Positions 10,002-23,827 are shown, counted from the first letter of the stretch. The stretch is 36,941 nucleotides of DNA from Spirogloea muscicola (GCA_009602725.1 WELB01000002.1:371756-408696); one strand, 5' to 3'. Program-made: numbers and translations. Notes: generated by a model not told the origin, from the sequence alone.

Positions 10002-13000
10002 CGCTCCCGCTGATCAATGTCAATGTTTCAAGTCGGGCTTGCCAGAGCATATCGTTGCCTTGGCTGAGGTGCACACTACTACCCTAGCCCCCATCGTAGA
10101 TCTACCTATGTTGGTGGACCAAGCCCGGCGGGCCATCACTCTGTATTCCTCCCCATTGGGGGAAGCGTGTGACTATGGAGGCGGCTGTCCAAGCTGGGCC
10201 TCCTGCTGTCAAGAGGTTCGAGCGTGTGATGGACTACAGCCGAAGTTCAAGGACAAGGGCCGGCAGAAGTGAGTCTCTTATGCTTCCTCCCCTCTTGACT
10301 TTTCCTCAGCACCTTGTATGTAAGCTTTTGATTGGATTTACAGAATGTGTCCGCCAAATGCAGTGCCTGTTGTACTCTCTCTTGATGCATTCTTGCAAGT
10401 TCTTGAGGGCGTTGACCTCTTCTGTTTTGGGCAATCCCCAAATATTTGCAGATTGCAGCAAGTATGTGTGTGAGCTGGCTTCAGTGCCATCGGGCAGAAG
10501 GACCCGTTTTCTTCATAGTGCCCCGCAGGCGCGGTGTGGTCCATCCACCTCTGCAAGGGCTCCCTGCTTTGCGTCCACACAGCCGGCGACCGCCTTGCGT
10601 TTCTTGGTGGTGATGGCTCTCCAGATATCCCGTTGCCTAGAAAGCTCTTGGTATATGTCGTTTGTACATACACAGATGTTTTGCTGTGTGCTTCGGCACA
10701 CCGTGCTTTGGCACGTACAATGTTCTTCTCAGGTTCAGCGGCTCGTCAGCCTGCTCGAATCCTGATAGATTCGGGAGCGATCTTCTCCTGTGTGAATAAG
10801 ACTTTGTGTGATATGATGGCTTAGTCATCCGACCCATTGAGGTTTTGCAAAGCGATGATGGCCACTGGCCAGCAGGCTTCTGTATTAGGCATCTGCTCAA
10901 TTCCAATTCGCATTCAAATCACAGGACTCGGGTGTCTTGTTATGCAGTCAAGTTGGCTGCAGTATTTGATGTGATCCTGGGTGATGATTGGCTTTGTGCT
11001 GAGTCAGCCCTTTTGGACTTTGATCGGCTTACATGCACTGTGCACCATGGGTCACGCCGATTTGTATGCAATGATGTGTACCGCCATCACTTGAGGACTC
11101 CTCTATTGTGCTGACAGCTGTACAGCTGAAGAGGCTTCTTCGCAAGGTACTAGCGCTCGCAGTGTATCTTGCTGTGGTGACAATGAGTGCTGAGTCTCCT
11201 TCTGACTCACAGTCAGGGTGCTTGCTCACTTTTGGTTTGACCAATGCACCTGCCACAGTCAGGTTGTGATGACTGACGAGTTTGGTGCCCTCTTGTATGA
11301 CTTTGTACTTGTGTGCTTGGACGATATTCTGGTGTTTAGTGTCACATCTGAAGATCACGTGGTGCACCTGCAGTGAGTGTTGCAGATGCTCAGTGAAAAT
11401 TAGTTGTACGCCAGACCAAGTGTGTGTTTTACAAGTCAAAGCTGGCATACTTGAGGGATGTCGTAGGCAAACGTGGGGTTTGCGTTGACCCGATAAAGAT
11501 CTCTGTAGTAATGGACTGGCCTGTGCCACGGAATGTGCCGCAGTTGCGCTCCTTTTGGGATTCGCAAACTATTGCCGCAAATTCCTGCAGGGGTACGGGA
11601 ATATGGCATTGCCTCTTACGACGCTTACTCGTAAAGATGCTCCCTGGGAGTGGACATCTGAATGCCAAGTGGCAACTGAGGCTATTCAAGGGGCTTTCAC
11701 GTCTCCGCACATCTTGGCCTTACCTCGAGAAGGCGTACTGTATGAGCTAATGTGTGACGCCTCGTTGACCGGCACTGGTGCCGTTCTATTGCAAGAGGGT
11801 CGTCCCATAGCGTGTGAGAGTTGCCTGCTTCGTCCGGCAGAGCGCAACTATAATACGGGAGAGCAAGAGCTTTTGATGTTGTGCACGCCCTACATGTGTG
11901 GCGCTGCTATCTTGAGGAGTTGAATCTAGGGTCGTCACGGATCATTGCCCGTTGACCTATTGTCACTCACAACAGCATTTGAGCTCGCGTCAAGCTCGGT
12001 GAGCAGAAGGTATGGCATCATTCTATTTCCAGTGGTTGTACCGCCCTGGAAGATTATATGTCGCGGATCCGGTGAGCCGCCACATTGCAGGGGCTGCTCA
12101 GGTGGCTGCCTTGTGCACTTCAGGAGTTCACGCAGACGTGCGTCCTACTCATGGCGTCCCTCGGCAACCCACCTCCAACCTCTCTGTGCTGTACGTGCGT
12201 ATAAGTGACGGGTATGGCACAGACCCCTGGTTGGCTGATTGCATCCCATGTACGCATGGTCAAAGATGACTTTGGCTTCTATAGGCAAGGTAACGCCATT
12301 GTAGCTCTAGACTGCAATGCCTTGCGCACTAGCATCATGCAGATGTTGCATGCGACAGCCTACAGTGGTCATCTGGGTATTGGAAAGACCAAGAAGACAG
12401 TAAGCCGTCTGTTCTGGTGGCCGGGTTGTTCGGTCTAAGTACACTCCTTCGTGCGGAGTTGTGCTACATGCCAGCGTGGCAAGGCTGCTCTGAGAAGCTT
12501 GCCGGCTTACTCGAGCCTTTGGCGATTCCTCCGCAGAATTGGGCAGATGTGCGGGTTGACTTCGTCACTCACCTGCCCAAGACGTGTACAGGCTTCGATA
12601 GAATCGTCGTCTTTGTGGACCGTCTGAGCAAATTGGTGCATATTGCTCCTACGACCACCTGTGTATCTGCCAAGGAATTCGCTAGTGTCTTGTGGACCGA
12701 GTATGGAAACTGCATTAAGTCCCCGAGCGGGTCGTCTCTGACCGTGAACCCCGCTTTACGGGACACTTCTGGACAGAAGCATGTAGGCTTGTTGTACCAA
12801 GCAATCCATGTCCACAGCTTTCCAACCCCACAGTGACGGTCAGATTGAGAGGATGACTCGGGTCTTGGAGGACATGCTACGGCAAGTCGTGCACCCTAGT
12901 CAGAGTGACTGGGATGAGGTACCTCGCTTTGGCAGAGTTTGCCGTTACAATGCCTGGCTTGAGTCCACCAGGAACTCACCCTCCTCAACTATGGTCGGCA

Positions 13001-14263
13001 TTTCTTGGCCATTGCCCAGCAGCGGCAGAAACCGTATGCTGACCAACGTCGAAGAGATGTGTCTTTCGACGTGGGTGCTTAAGTACTACTCACTTCAAAG
13101 CACCTTCCCTTGCGGGCAGTGGGTACACGCAAGTTGTTACCCAAGTGGGTTGGACCTTTCCCTGTGTTGCGCCTTGTTGGTAAGGTTGCATGTAAGCTGG
13201 GTACACCGGTACATTGGAAGGGTCTTCCACGTGTCCCACCTTCGGCCCTTGTATTCGGATAGCCGTGTCCAACCGCCCCCAGCTCCCCTCTTGGTCGAGG
13301 ATTAGTTGTACGTATGAGGTGGAGGAACCTTGTCACACCGGGACAGATTCCGTGGGCGTAAGTCCCGTGAGTATTTTGTGAAGTGGCTCGGCTATTTGCT
13401 TGAGCACAGTACGTGGGAGCCTGCGGCCATTCTGTAAGTTGAACGTCCACTCTCCACTACCTCGCTAGAGGGTTTGTTCCCGACCAGCTTGTTCCTGTTG
13501 CACCACTCTGTGTTGTCCTTTGTTCCCGAGGACGTGAACACCTCGGTGGGGACGTATGTAACGTTCCCAGGTTTGTGAGCGCCTGAGCGTGTTGTCAACG
13601 CTTACCTGGTGTTCATTTGGCCGTTTGTGCCGGACGGCACGAACGGCCCTGGCACTCGTGCCGTTGTCGTTCCGTCCAGGATCGTCCGGGTGGCCTCGCA
13701 TGCTCCCGTCATGCTCGGCCCAGACATGCTCCGCGGCATGCGTGGGCCCGGACGCCCTCGGCGTCATGGCCGCCCGCGGCCATGCTCGGCGCCATGCCCG
13801 CCGCGGCCATGCTCGGCGCCATGGCGCCTGCTGGAGACAGCTCATGGTTCCCTCGTCAGGCACGCTCCTCGCGGGCGACCCCCATACAACCTGAAGGAAG
13901 GATGACACGGAGAAGCACTTACTGGCTATTGCACGAGCAGAGAGAGACCTGACCTCCGGCCGGGGACTTATTAGTGACGCTCTGAGAGAGGCGCAGCCTA
14001 GCGGCTGCCTGCTGCTGCAGACCGCTGCCGCGCGCGGCTCGTTGCCGGCTCTGCTGTGGAGACCTTGGCGGCGTCCCGCGGGAGGTTAAGTCTGCAGCGG
14101 GTGCCCATGGGTGGAGCTGCTGCTTAGCGGCAGCACCACAGGGCAAGTCTTCCGCTGTGTCGGAGTGCTTCCTCGTGGCGGGTGGTTGTCCCTATATCCC
14201 CAAGCACTCAATCCGATAAGGACACATTCGGCTCTAACCTGCTTGTTAGGTCCGAACGTGACA
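10002..14263 (+). mobile_element. Degenerate Ty3/Gypsy chromovirus LTR retrotransposon, lacking the 5' LTR and part of RT
   Basis: Domain order: protease (LIDSGA ~10762-10779), RT remnant (FGLTNAPAT, VCLDDIL ~11311), RNase H (CDAS...GAVLLQEGRPIA...ERNY..EQELL), integrase (HATAYSGHLG, VDFVTHLPKT, FVDRLSK, STAFQPHSDGQIER), chromodomain (~13313-13435, EYFVKWLGY...STWEP), PPT-like tract, 3' LTR. Many stops and frameshifts. Confidence 0.92.
13557..14263 (+). repeat. 3' LTR (707 bp)
   Basis: Begins TGTAACGTTC and ends GAACGTGACA (imperfect inverted termini). Preceded by a purine-rich GGTGGGGACGTA. Homologous to 33771-34546 in inverted orientation. Confidence 0.88.
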
Positions 14264-14820
14264 CCTTGCCCCCATTTGGAGTGCCACTTCTCTCTTGCCC
14301 GCATTAGGAGCGCCACTTCAGAATGGAAGAGCTGTTCTCTTTCACAGCCCTCGCCTCTTTCTTTCCTTTTTCACAGCCCTCGCCCCTACTTCGTTCACTT
14401 TTATTGGGCTGGCCGATCCCAATCCCTATTCTCTATCCTATTCTCTATGGCGCGAGTACATCTTCTTTCTTCCTCACCCCCCTTTCCGAAAATTCTTTCT
14501 TTTCCCCTTTGACATCTTCAGGCCCATCTGTAGCTGCTAAACGCTTGTCGGCCCCTCCGAACCCTTGTCAAAATTTTTAGGGCTGGCTTATCACAGCCCT
14601 TTACCCCATTTGGAGTGCCACTTCTCTCTTTTTCCTCGCGACTCTTCGTCGTCGCCTTGTCTTGACTTTTCTCGGAAAACGCACACCACGCTCGCCCGCC
14701 ACCCAATCCTCGCCGCCGCCTGGAGGGGGCAATCGCGGCCCGCCGTGGCGAGGCTCCGGAAGCGCCCTGCCCAGCTGCCGGCTGCTGGCAGCACGGCCTG
14801 CGTAGCCGCGATCGTCGAGC

Positions 14821-17800
14821 ATGACAACCGTGGCAGCCGCCGCCCCACTGCTTGCCGCCGTCGCTCTGCTGAGTTATGTCGGCTTCACGGCCGGGGACCT
14901 CGCGTGAGCAGTCCTCCCTCTTACCCTCCTACCCTCTTACCGTCTGTATGCACCTGGCTGGCTTCTACAGCCGCTCTTAATAAGCAGCCGCATTCTTCTC
15001 ACCCCCGAACCACCATGGCATTGCAAGTCCTGAACTGGGAGCACATTGCGCCTGCGTATCCTCTCTGTATCTGCCGCAGTTGCCGCCCGGTCTTCTGTCG
15101 CGGAAGGCATACTAATCGGCATGCCTGGGGGTGTGTGGCCACCATACACCCCTGCCCGCTGACTGCCATCGTTACACCGTTGCGCAGCTCCGACAAGGCC
15201 TGGCTGCTGGCCTTCAAGGCCGGTATAACCAGTGACCCATCTGGCTCGCTTGCCAATTGGCGCCCAACCCACCACACGCCGTGCGGCTGGTATGGCGTTG
15301 TGTGTCAAGCCACGGCACGTGGCGGCCCCAGGCAAGGGCTTTGACCATCTCCCAGTAATTGCACGAGCTGGCCTTGCGGCGCGTCAAGCGATCGGCACAA
15401 GCTTGGCCCTGGCGGCAGCCGCTGTTGAGGTCGTGGCCATGCAAGGCTGCAGCCTTGGCGGCCTCCGGCCGGGACCAACCGCAGTGGCTGCCTGCGGTTG
15501 CTCGGCAAAGAGCTTGTGAAAACAGCAGCGTTGTTGCAAGCTCACGGGAGGCTCTGCTTGGGGTCAAGACTTCAGTAAGCTCAGCTTCCTGCACAGCTGG
15601 CCAATGGTGTCTAAGCGCAGGCAAGTGATTGGCCTCAATATATCCTATGTGCTGCTGGAAGGCACGCTGGCACCGGAGCTCGGCAACATTGACAGCCTGC
15701 AGTACATATTATTAAATGACAATCTGCTCACGGGCCCCATCCCAGCGGCGCTGGGCAGCCTCCCTCACCTTGGAGTCCTTTTCCTCGCTAACAACAGGTT
15801 AGCGTGCATAAAATTGCTCGACTCGCATCTCAGTCTATTTTCAAAAAGTGAGTCGCCATCCTTTCTCGATCTCACCTCTCCTGGGGGCCCTCCGTCCACA
15901 GAGATGTTGCCTGGCTTATTGATAGCATAGCCTCCTTGAGGCAAGGCCGTGATGACTGTGGTCCGCCACTCAGCCGACGAGGCGGCACCGCTTCGTCACA
16001 GAATTGCAACTTCAAGAACCATCTACTGGGTTAGGCTCTCAGTCTCCTTGTACTTCGGCAGGCTGTCAGGTTCCCTGCCAGAGGAGCTTGGAAACCTCAC
16101 CGCCATCCTGGGCCTCTTCCTCGACAATAACACGTACTGGACACACACCAACTTCGCATGCCGGAGACACCGTATACTGTTCGCTACTTGACAATGACAG
16201 CCAGTGTGCTCTGTCTATCAATTGCCAACCTTTTGAGCAAGCTCGACAAGCTTCTGAAGCCTTGGTTGAGTCCGCCAGCGCTATGAAGTCAAGCTGCTAC
16301 GGAGCTTCCTCAACTGTCGAGGTTCTTGCAGCCTGGTCCAATGGCCTTGATGCTTGTCTTGACATTCTAGGGAGCGACCTCAATGCCACTTGTCGTTGTG
16401 CAGATTGACAGGAGCCATACCTCTCGGTCTTGCTGGGCTTCCGCTCCTGGAGGATCTGTACTTGACACAAAACAAGTCCCCGAGAACTCTGTTCTCAAGT
16501 TAAAAAAGGTTGTGGATGTCGTGATGGGCACGCTGCCCTCTGCTCATGCTGCTTCCACTCATGAGTTGGGTTTCTGACAAGGCCAAATGTACAGGCTCAC
16601 TGGACAAGTGCCGGGTGAATTTGGAGAATCGCTGAGCCTCCAAACATTATTCTTGGACTCCAATAGGTGGGCTGCCAGGATCATTGGTTGTCGGAAAACT
16701 TGGTGGTTTCATAGGCTGAATGATGCAAGTCTGCTTCCCTGTCTCGTCTCCAATTCAGTGATACTGCCAACGCGTTCAGTGCAGTGTCAATAGCTGATGA
16801 CACAAGGCAGCTAGAGCAACCAGCTGGCTGGTTGCTCAAGAGAAGTCTCTGCTCTTGATATCAGGCTCATAGGACATATTCCTTCTCAGCTTGGCCAGAA
16901 CCAGGCCCTCCAGAATTTGTCACTTGCAGACAATCAGTAAGTATAATCATCGACGGAAGGCACATCCTGAGGTTGCCCTTTAGATTGGGGCCTCTTTACA
17001 TTGCCAGACATCTGTCTTATGAAGAGCCAACAAACTCAATGTGCTGCTGCACCTACTACCATTGCACTTTGTTGTCGTCAGCAATGTAGTGAAGGCATGC
17101 AGGGGTTAGCAAATGCAACTGGCATCTTACTGTCAGCTGTAACACCACTTGCAAATGTTGGTGACTATCCTTCCTGTCCAGGCTATCAGGAAACGTACCG
17201 TCTGCGCTCGGAAATTGCTCGCAGCTCCTAAGTCTCAACGTCTCCTTAAACAGGTGCACTGTAGAGCATGAAAGAGTAATGGTCACTTTTGGATCCATGG
17301 TCACGGAGGCTTGCATATATTGGTGACTATTCCTCTTGTCCAGGCTGTCAGGAAGCATACCATCTGCGCTCGGAAACTGCTCGCAGCTCCTTGTTCTCGA
17401 CATCTCCTTCAACAGGTATGCTCCAGAGCCTATAAGACTATTGGTCACTTTGATTACTCTGCATGGTCTGGTGGCTTCACAGCATCCATCTTGGCAGAGG
17501 AAGATGATGACAAAAATATAGTTAATGGCAATCTGTGATTTTGTCGATCTGCATCCTTTTCCTTTTCCAGAATGAGTATGCGCTTCATCCTTCTCAGTAA
17601 GATGGACGCTTTTCACTTCTAGCTGAAGATTAATAAAGTCAGCAGACTGATTGTTCTTTTCTCGATAACATCAACAGACTTACAGGAAGCATCCCTGCGA
17701 TGATCGGGAACTGCACAATGCTATCAAATTTTATGCATGCAACAACAAGTCAGCCCTCACATTGCTCTGAGCAGTATATGAGACTTTGTGGCGTGCTCGA

Positions 17801-20800
17801 CGTAGCACGTATCAAAATTCAAGGCAATGCATTCATGGACCAGGTGGCACGTATGCCGATGCCCTGTACTTTGTCTTGCAATCAGATTGACGGGTGTCAT
17901 ACCTTCAAGCATTGGCAACCTTCGTATGTTGATTACGTTAGATTTGGGGAGCAATAAGTAAGTATGAGCAAGACACTCCCAGCCGACTTGTGCCGTACGT
18001 AGCGCATCTTGGCATCATTGCAAGGAGTGTCCTTGAGACACGGTGAGCTTGACAACATCAACTCAATTGCGAGTGTGTTTGAGTGGTCATCTGTCATGAA
18101 GCTCTGGAGAAGGTGGAAAGTAATCAAAGCTCTTCGTTGCGATGCAGCCTTACTGGTCCCTTACCATCGGAGTTGGGAGACTGCGCCAGTCTCAGCAGTC
18201 TCTATGTCAATGACAACCAGTAAGCTCCAATATGCCTTTTGCCCAAGTTTCAGGCATGTAGGACTGCTCTGCTGTCCCTACGTGCAGGTCATCTCGTGCA
18301 ACAAGCTCCCAGTTCATGAGGGAGTTGACTGCTATTTGTGCACATAAGATCCTGAGTGCTGATCACATTGGATCCGCTGCTCTCAGAACTTCGCATTGCA
18401 TTGTTGCACTGAAGTTGGTGTGACTCTGCTGTATTGCAGATTAAGCGGGGAGTTGCCCGCTTCTCTGACAAGCCTGTCCTTATTACAGGTCCTTTCCATT
18501 CCTAATAATCGGTAAGTGACCACATACAAACGTGGCAAGCTATTACTGATGGTCGTCTGCAACATCACAGAGAAGTGGAAGTCCAAGTCCAAGCCAACCA
18601 ACCGTGAACAACCCCTGACGTGATCTCTCCTTGCTGCCGCCATGCAGTATATCTGGAAGCCTGCCCGCCGAGCTTGGGATGAGTGGAACTCTCACTAGGC
18701 TTCTCCTCTACAACAACACGTACTCTCAATACTGTACTCCTCTCCAAACTAGTGTGACGGTGTGCTGGCACACAGCAGTATGTCTAACCATCAAGACTGT
18801 TCCTCTGCACATTGAGGTCTGCTTGATGCCTGTTGTCTGGGAGTAAACTGATCTGACACCTACCTAAATAGGCTGACAGGCTCCCTGCCACCAGCACTTG
18901 GCAGTTGCCAGAATCTGACGACCCTTGATCTTAGGAACAACAGGTGCGCAGTCCTGCACCTTTGCTCTTCTACTATATGTCACATATGCTGCACGTCAAG
19001 ATCAACCTTAAGAATTCATGCCAACTCGAGAAGCTAATTTGTGTGACTGTGATATATCAACAGCTTTACTGGTCCGATTCCGCCTGGATATGGCAACCTT
19101 ACCAGCATAAACTTTTTCGAGGCAGCCAATAACAGGTACGCTGATAGACAGAACACAAGAACTATGCAGTCGAGATTCAGGGGACTATGCCTGTATTACA
19201 GTAGCATGTGCATGTGAAGCCTCGTACCAAGGAGTGACAGGACCTCCATGCAGATCAAATAAACGGCCATGCATTTGTATGCTTTCTTGTGCAGCTTAAC
19301 AGGTAGCCTCCCACCCAAGCTCAGCCACTGTAGGTCACTTGACGTGCTTGACCTTAACAGCAACAGGTACTCCTCATCTAGCCCAACAAATGAAACTCGC
19401 GGAAAACTTTGACTTAAACCATCTCACGACCAGCTGTTGGTCCAACTTATTTGGCATGTCACTTTCCCTCTTGTGCGCAACATGATCTGATTAGATAGAC
19501 ATTGTCATTCACTGTCTAAGCCTGCAGTGTCAGATGTGTGTCACAAATAGTTGGGCTCTGCTACAGTGTTGTTTAATACCCCATCAGGCTTCAGGCTTTT
19601 GACAAAGAATCATGAGACAGACACGCTGCATCTCAGTTCCTGATTCTGCAGTAGTAGAAGTCTGTCACAAACAGTGGGGCTCTGCATTATTGTACTGTAT
19701 ATCACAGTCTTCGTGCTTGTGGGACCTGTGAGAATGCTGCTCACAGTCTCTCATACCTTCTCCACAGACTCAGTGGGCCCATCCCAGCATCATATGGGAA
19801 CTTGGCTAACTTGTCATTCCTCTCCTTGTATTCCAACGAGTGGGTATTCTTCCTGAGTTCTCGACTAGATTTTTGGCATTGATCTGAGCCTGGCAGTATT
19901 CATGCTACCTTCATAATGTCAAGATACAAACCATCATAGTCAGCTGAGCACGTGATTGTGTTATAGAGCCCTTCTATTTTGTACCAATTACAGGTTATCG
20001 GGCGGCATACCGAAGCAGCTAAGCGAGTGCAAAAAGCTCCGGTACCTGAGCCTGAGCTACAACTTGTAAGGGGTTTCTTGCCGCCCATGTCAACTGCTTG
20101 ATTGACTTGCAAGAATCCAGTTTCTCAAGTCAAGGCATGTGTACATGGCTCTAGATTCCACTCTCAGTGTAGCCTTCCAAGATCTTCATTGTCCACAGTT
20201 TGTCCAACACGTACCCTAATAGCTCATGAGGTGGCACTCTGCATATTGAACATCGCAGGCCTGTTGGAGGGGTTCCGCAAGAGCTTGGGGAGCTGCCTAA
20301 TCTCCTCGACTTCCGGGCAGACTTCAACAAGTGATAGAAGCAAACACCTTCAAGAGTTCGGCAGCGGAATACAGCATGTGACTGTAGATATTTGTGATCG
20401 CTTTTGAATTTTATAACGCCTGCAGTGTAAGGCCAACTGGAGACAGTGTGCAGTTTCCGTGTGTGCTATGTATGAGGTCGACCTTGCACGTGTCAGATCA
20501 CCCACTATCAAATGCTCGTTTGGTGTCAGCTTGGAGGGTGGAGTGCCACCAGAGCTTGCTAATTGCAAGCAAATGGTCAACCTGATCCTGAGCTACAACA
20601 GGTAATGAGCTAGGACTGCGTCTTCTATGGAGCCATTGCTTACCTGAGTTACCATGTCAGCAGATACATAAGTTGCAGAAGAGTCACATCTGACATGGTC
20701 ACTTAGCGACTCACTCGCATTTACTGGCAGGTTAAGTGGCCATTTGCCGCCTCAATTGGGAAGTCTTGTGAAGCTCAACAAGCTCTGGCTTGACGGCAAC

Positions 20801-22799
20801 ATCTTCTCTGGACCGATCCCGGCAACCTTCTCCAATCTGGAGAACTTGCAAGAGCTGGTGATGACAAATATCAATTTTTCTGGCCCATTCCCAGAGTGGC
20901 TTGGCAACCAAAGCAGTGCTTTGAATATTTTCCTAGGTCACAACAGCTTGACCGGAGGAGTACCCGCAAGCATTCGAAGTCTGCAATACGTTCAAAATCT
21001 TGACATCTCCACCAACCGCCTAAATGGCAGTCTCCCCCTGGAAATTGGAGAATTAAGCACGCTCATTTCATTTTCGGCTGCGAGCAACTCATTCAGCGGG
21101 CCCATACCAGAGGGTATCGGCAACTTGCCGAATCTTGTCTATCTCGAACTTTCCAACAATCATCTCAATGGCAGCATCCCGGCGTCCTTTGCAAATTTGA
21201 GCCTTACTCTCGTCTTCAACATCTCAAATAACAACCTCAGTGGGCCCATTCCTGGCGGTTCTATTGGTCACTACAACAGCAGCTCCTTCTCTGGCAATGC
21301 AGCCTTGTGTGGCGGCCCTTATGTGGCCTGCAAGACAACTCCCTCACCTCGTTCTCTTCCTCCTTCCCCACCACCTCCGGAGCACAAGTCGTCGAGCTTA
21401 TCAGGGGGCGCAATTGCGGGCATTGTTGTTGGGGCTGTTGTCCTCCTTCTTCTCCTGTTGCTGGGACTTCTCCGGCTGTGTTGCTTAGGTCGGAAGAAAG
21501 AAAAACCTATGACAGAGAAGGAGCGGAGCATTGAGAGCTTCTGCTCCAAGATGTCCATCACGAAGGACAGACTCCAAGCTCCCTTCACCTACGAGGAGCT
21601 CATGGACGCAACTGAGGACTTCAACGACAAGCACATTCTTGGATCGGGCGGCTTTGGGAAAGTCTATGTGTACGTACGTTGCCCTGGTTGCAAGCGGTGT
21701 TTTGCTCTTGGTGCTTGTTGTCCCGGTCAACTGCTTATCCTATGGCTCTTCCTTATCCTATGGCAAACTTTCAATATGATGCAAATTGCTGAGCAGTGCG
21801 CAGATGAAGGACGGGCAAAAGTATGCAGTGAAGAAGCTAGCGCCAGACAGCAAGCAAGGTCTGAGAGAGGTGCAAGCTGAGGTGGAGATACTAAGTGGCA
21901 TTCATCACCGCAATCTGGTCCCGCTACGGGGCTGGTACATCCCTAAGGACAGCGACATGGACCTGCTGCTCATCTATCCATTCTTGCCTGGCGGGAATCT
22001 TGAACAACTGGTGCACCTGGGGAATGGCGTGCCTTCCAAGCCAGAAGGGTTTGATCACTGGGCTGCACGGAAGAAGGTCATGTTGGGTGCAGCGGTTGGG
22101 CTTAAGTACCTGCATCACGAGTGGAACCTCGGGTGCTGCATAGGGACGTCAAGCCGAGCAACACCTTGTTGGATGAACACGGTCAAGGATACATGGCGGA
22201 TTTTGGGCTTGCACGAACCTTTCAGGCACATGATACGCACGTGTCAACCATGGCTGCAGGTAAGTCCCAATGCCCTCCAATGCCCGTTGAGCTGCATTGT
22301 AGGCCTTTCTGGCATCGTGCGAGAAGGATGTGTGATTACATGCTGGTTATGGGTCATCTCTGCTGCAACTCATGACGCGTCACGATGATGCACATTGACA
22401 GGCACAGTTGGGTATATGGGTCCAGACTACGCCCTAGGCCAACTGACTACATACAGCGATGTATTCAGTTTTGGAGTGATGCTTCTCGAGACTGTCACTG
22501 GTAAACGGCCTGTTGACCCTTTCTTTCAGACCGAAGTTGCAACTGGTGGCAACTTGATCTCGTGGGTGCGATCCTGCCTTCGCCACAAGCAGCCTTTGGA
22601 GTGCGTTGATATGGCGCTAGCTCCATTCGTCCCCCAGAAAGTGGACGAATTCCGGGGCGCCTTGAGATTGGGGCTAATTTGCTGCTCTGATATCCCAAAA
22701 GAAAGGCCAACAATGATTGACGTGGTTGAGATGCTCCAGAATCTCGGAGCCTTTGGTGCTGGCTTGACATTTCCTAAATCATTCGTTGCCAGCGAGTGA
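14821..22799 (+). pseudogene. LRR receptor-like kinase copy B; 24 exons with two 1-bp deletions (recent pseudogene or assembly error)
   Basis: Exons 14821-14903, 15188-15331, 15621-15797, 16062-16133, 16404-16475, 16595-16666, 16865-16936, 17182-17253, 17344-17415, 17678-17748 (71 nt), 17886-17957, 18148-18219, 18440-18511, 18648-18719, 18872-18943, 19064-19135, 19295-19366, 19768-19839, 19994-20065, 20259-20330, 20530-20601, 20731-21669, 21797-22259 (GAGTG-GAA versus GAGTGCGAA in A, ~22123), 22402-22799. Confidence 0.8.
17155..17480 (+). repeat. Tandem LRR exon-intron duplication (period 162 bp) specific to gene B
   Basis: Exons LSGNVPSALGNCSQLLSLNVSLNR and LSGSIPSALGNCSQLLVLDISFNR with homologous intron flanks; no equivalent exon in A. 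Confidence 0.85.
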
Positions 22800-23827
22800 T
22801 TCAGCTTTCAGATCTACTCACTTCGTGCACATCCCTCTCTTGGCTGGCATCATACCAATGCCCTACATGAGACTCCTGGAGGTCGAGCCTTGATGCTGCA
22901 ACGACACTTTCTATGTTACGACAGGCCTATCATGGTGCAATGCCCGTCACTCCCTTGCCCGTCTGACCATGGTATTGAGTATGCAGCACGATCGAAAGGG
23001 TGATAATGCGAGGAAAGGAAGAGGCAGCGGAGTGTCAGAGGTATTGGCGAGCTTCATCCGGGAGAAAGGCGACAGAGAATGAAGGAAAAGGGCGAGAGGG
23101 AGCAGGAGCAGGAGAAAGTGAGGGTGTGACCGAAGAGAGGAAGTTGAGAGGTGGCCAACCTATAAGGCTGGGCAGCGTCCCATCAGCGTCCCAGTAGCAT
23201 TGTGGTCAGTGGAATGCAATGGAGCTTTGCCCGTCCTGTAGTGGTGCCAAAAACAGGTGTATTGTAAAAGCTTATAAGTATGGTCGTCACAGTGGTGAAA
23301 ATGAAATGATGGCAAGTAAAGTGACTGCTTGTGAGTGCTCATTGGTGTAGAGAACGAATGAGGCAAGAGCAAGCTGACAGAGAGGAGATATGAGGAGAGG
23401 AGATATGGTTCAATCTCAAGAAAAGAAGTGAGCTCTCGGGAAATGCAAAGGGGAACCAGCATGGAAAATATTGACAAGGTCCGAAGTAGCTGCAAATCTG
23501 CTGAAGCACATAACTAAGTCAGCATGTGAAAAGCCAGCCCGAAATGATTTGACAAGGCCCCAAGGGGCCGAGTATTGCTGAAACACACTACTAAGCACGT
23601 ACCATGCAGGATAGTCACTTATGGAATTCTACTCAGCAGCCGCAAGTCAGAAAAAGTAGCCGCCGGAAGCAGTCCCTTGACGAAACCGAGTGGCTGCAGC
23701 TGGTGTAGGAAAGCAGCGCCCGCCATGGCCTTGGCGTCGGCGGCGGCTGAGACAGCGGCGGCGGCGGCAGCGGCGGCGGCGACTGGGGAGCGAGACCGGA
23801 CTCGGAGGGATCCGAAGGTGTTGAGAA

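Noticed and set aside
13331..13340. TGTCAC as the LTR start
   Set aside because: It lies in the chromodomain coding region; homology with the solo LTR places the start at 13557.
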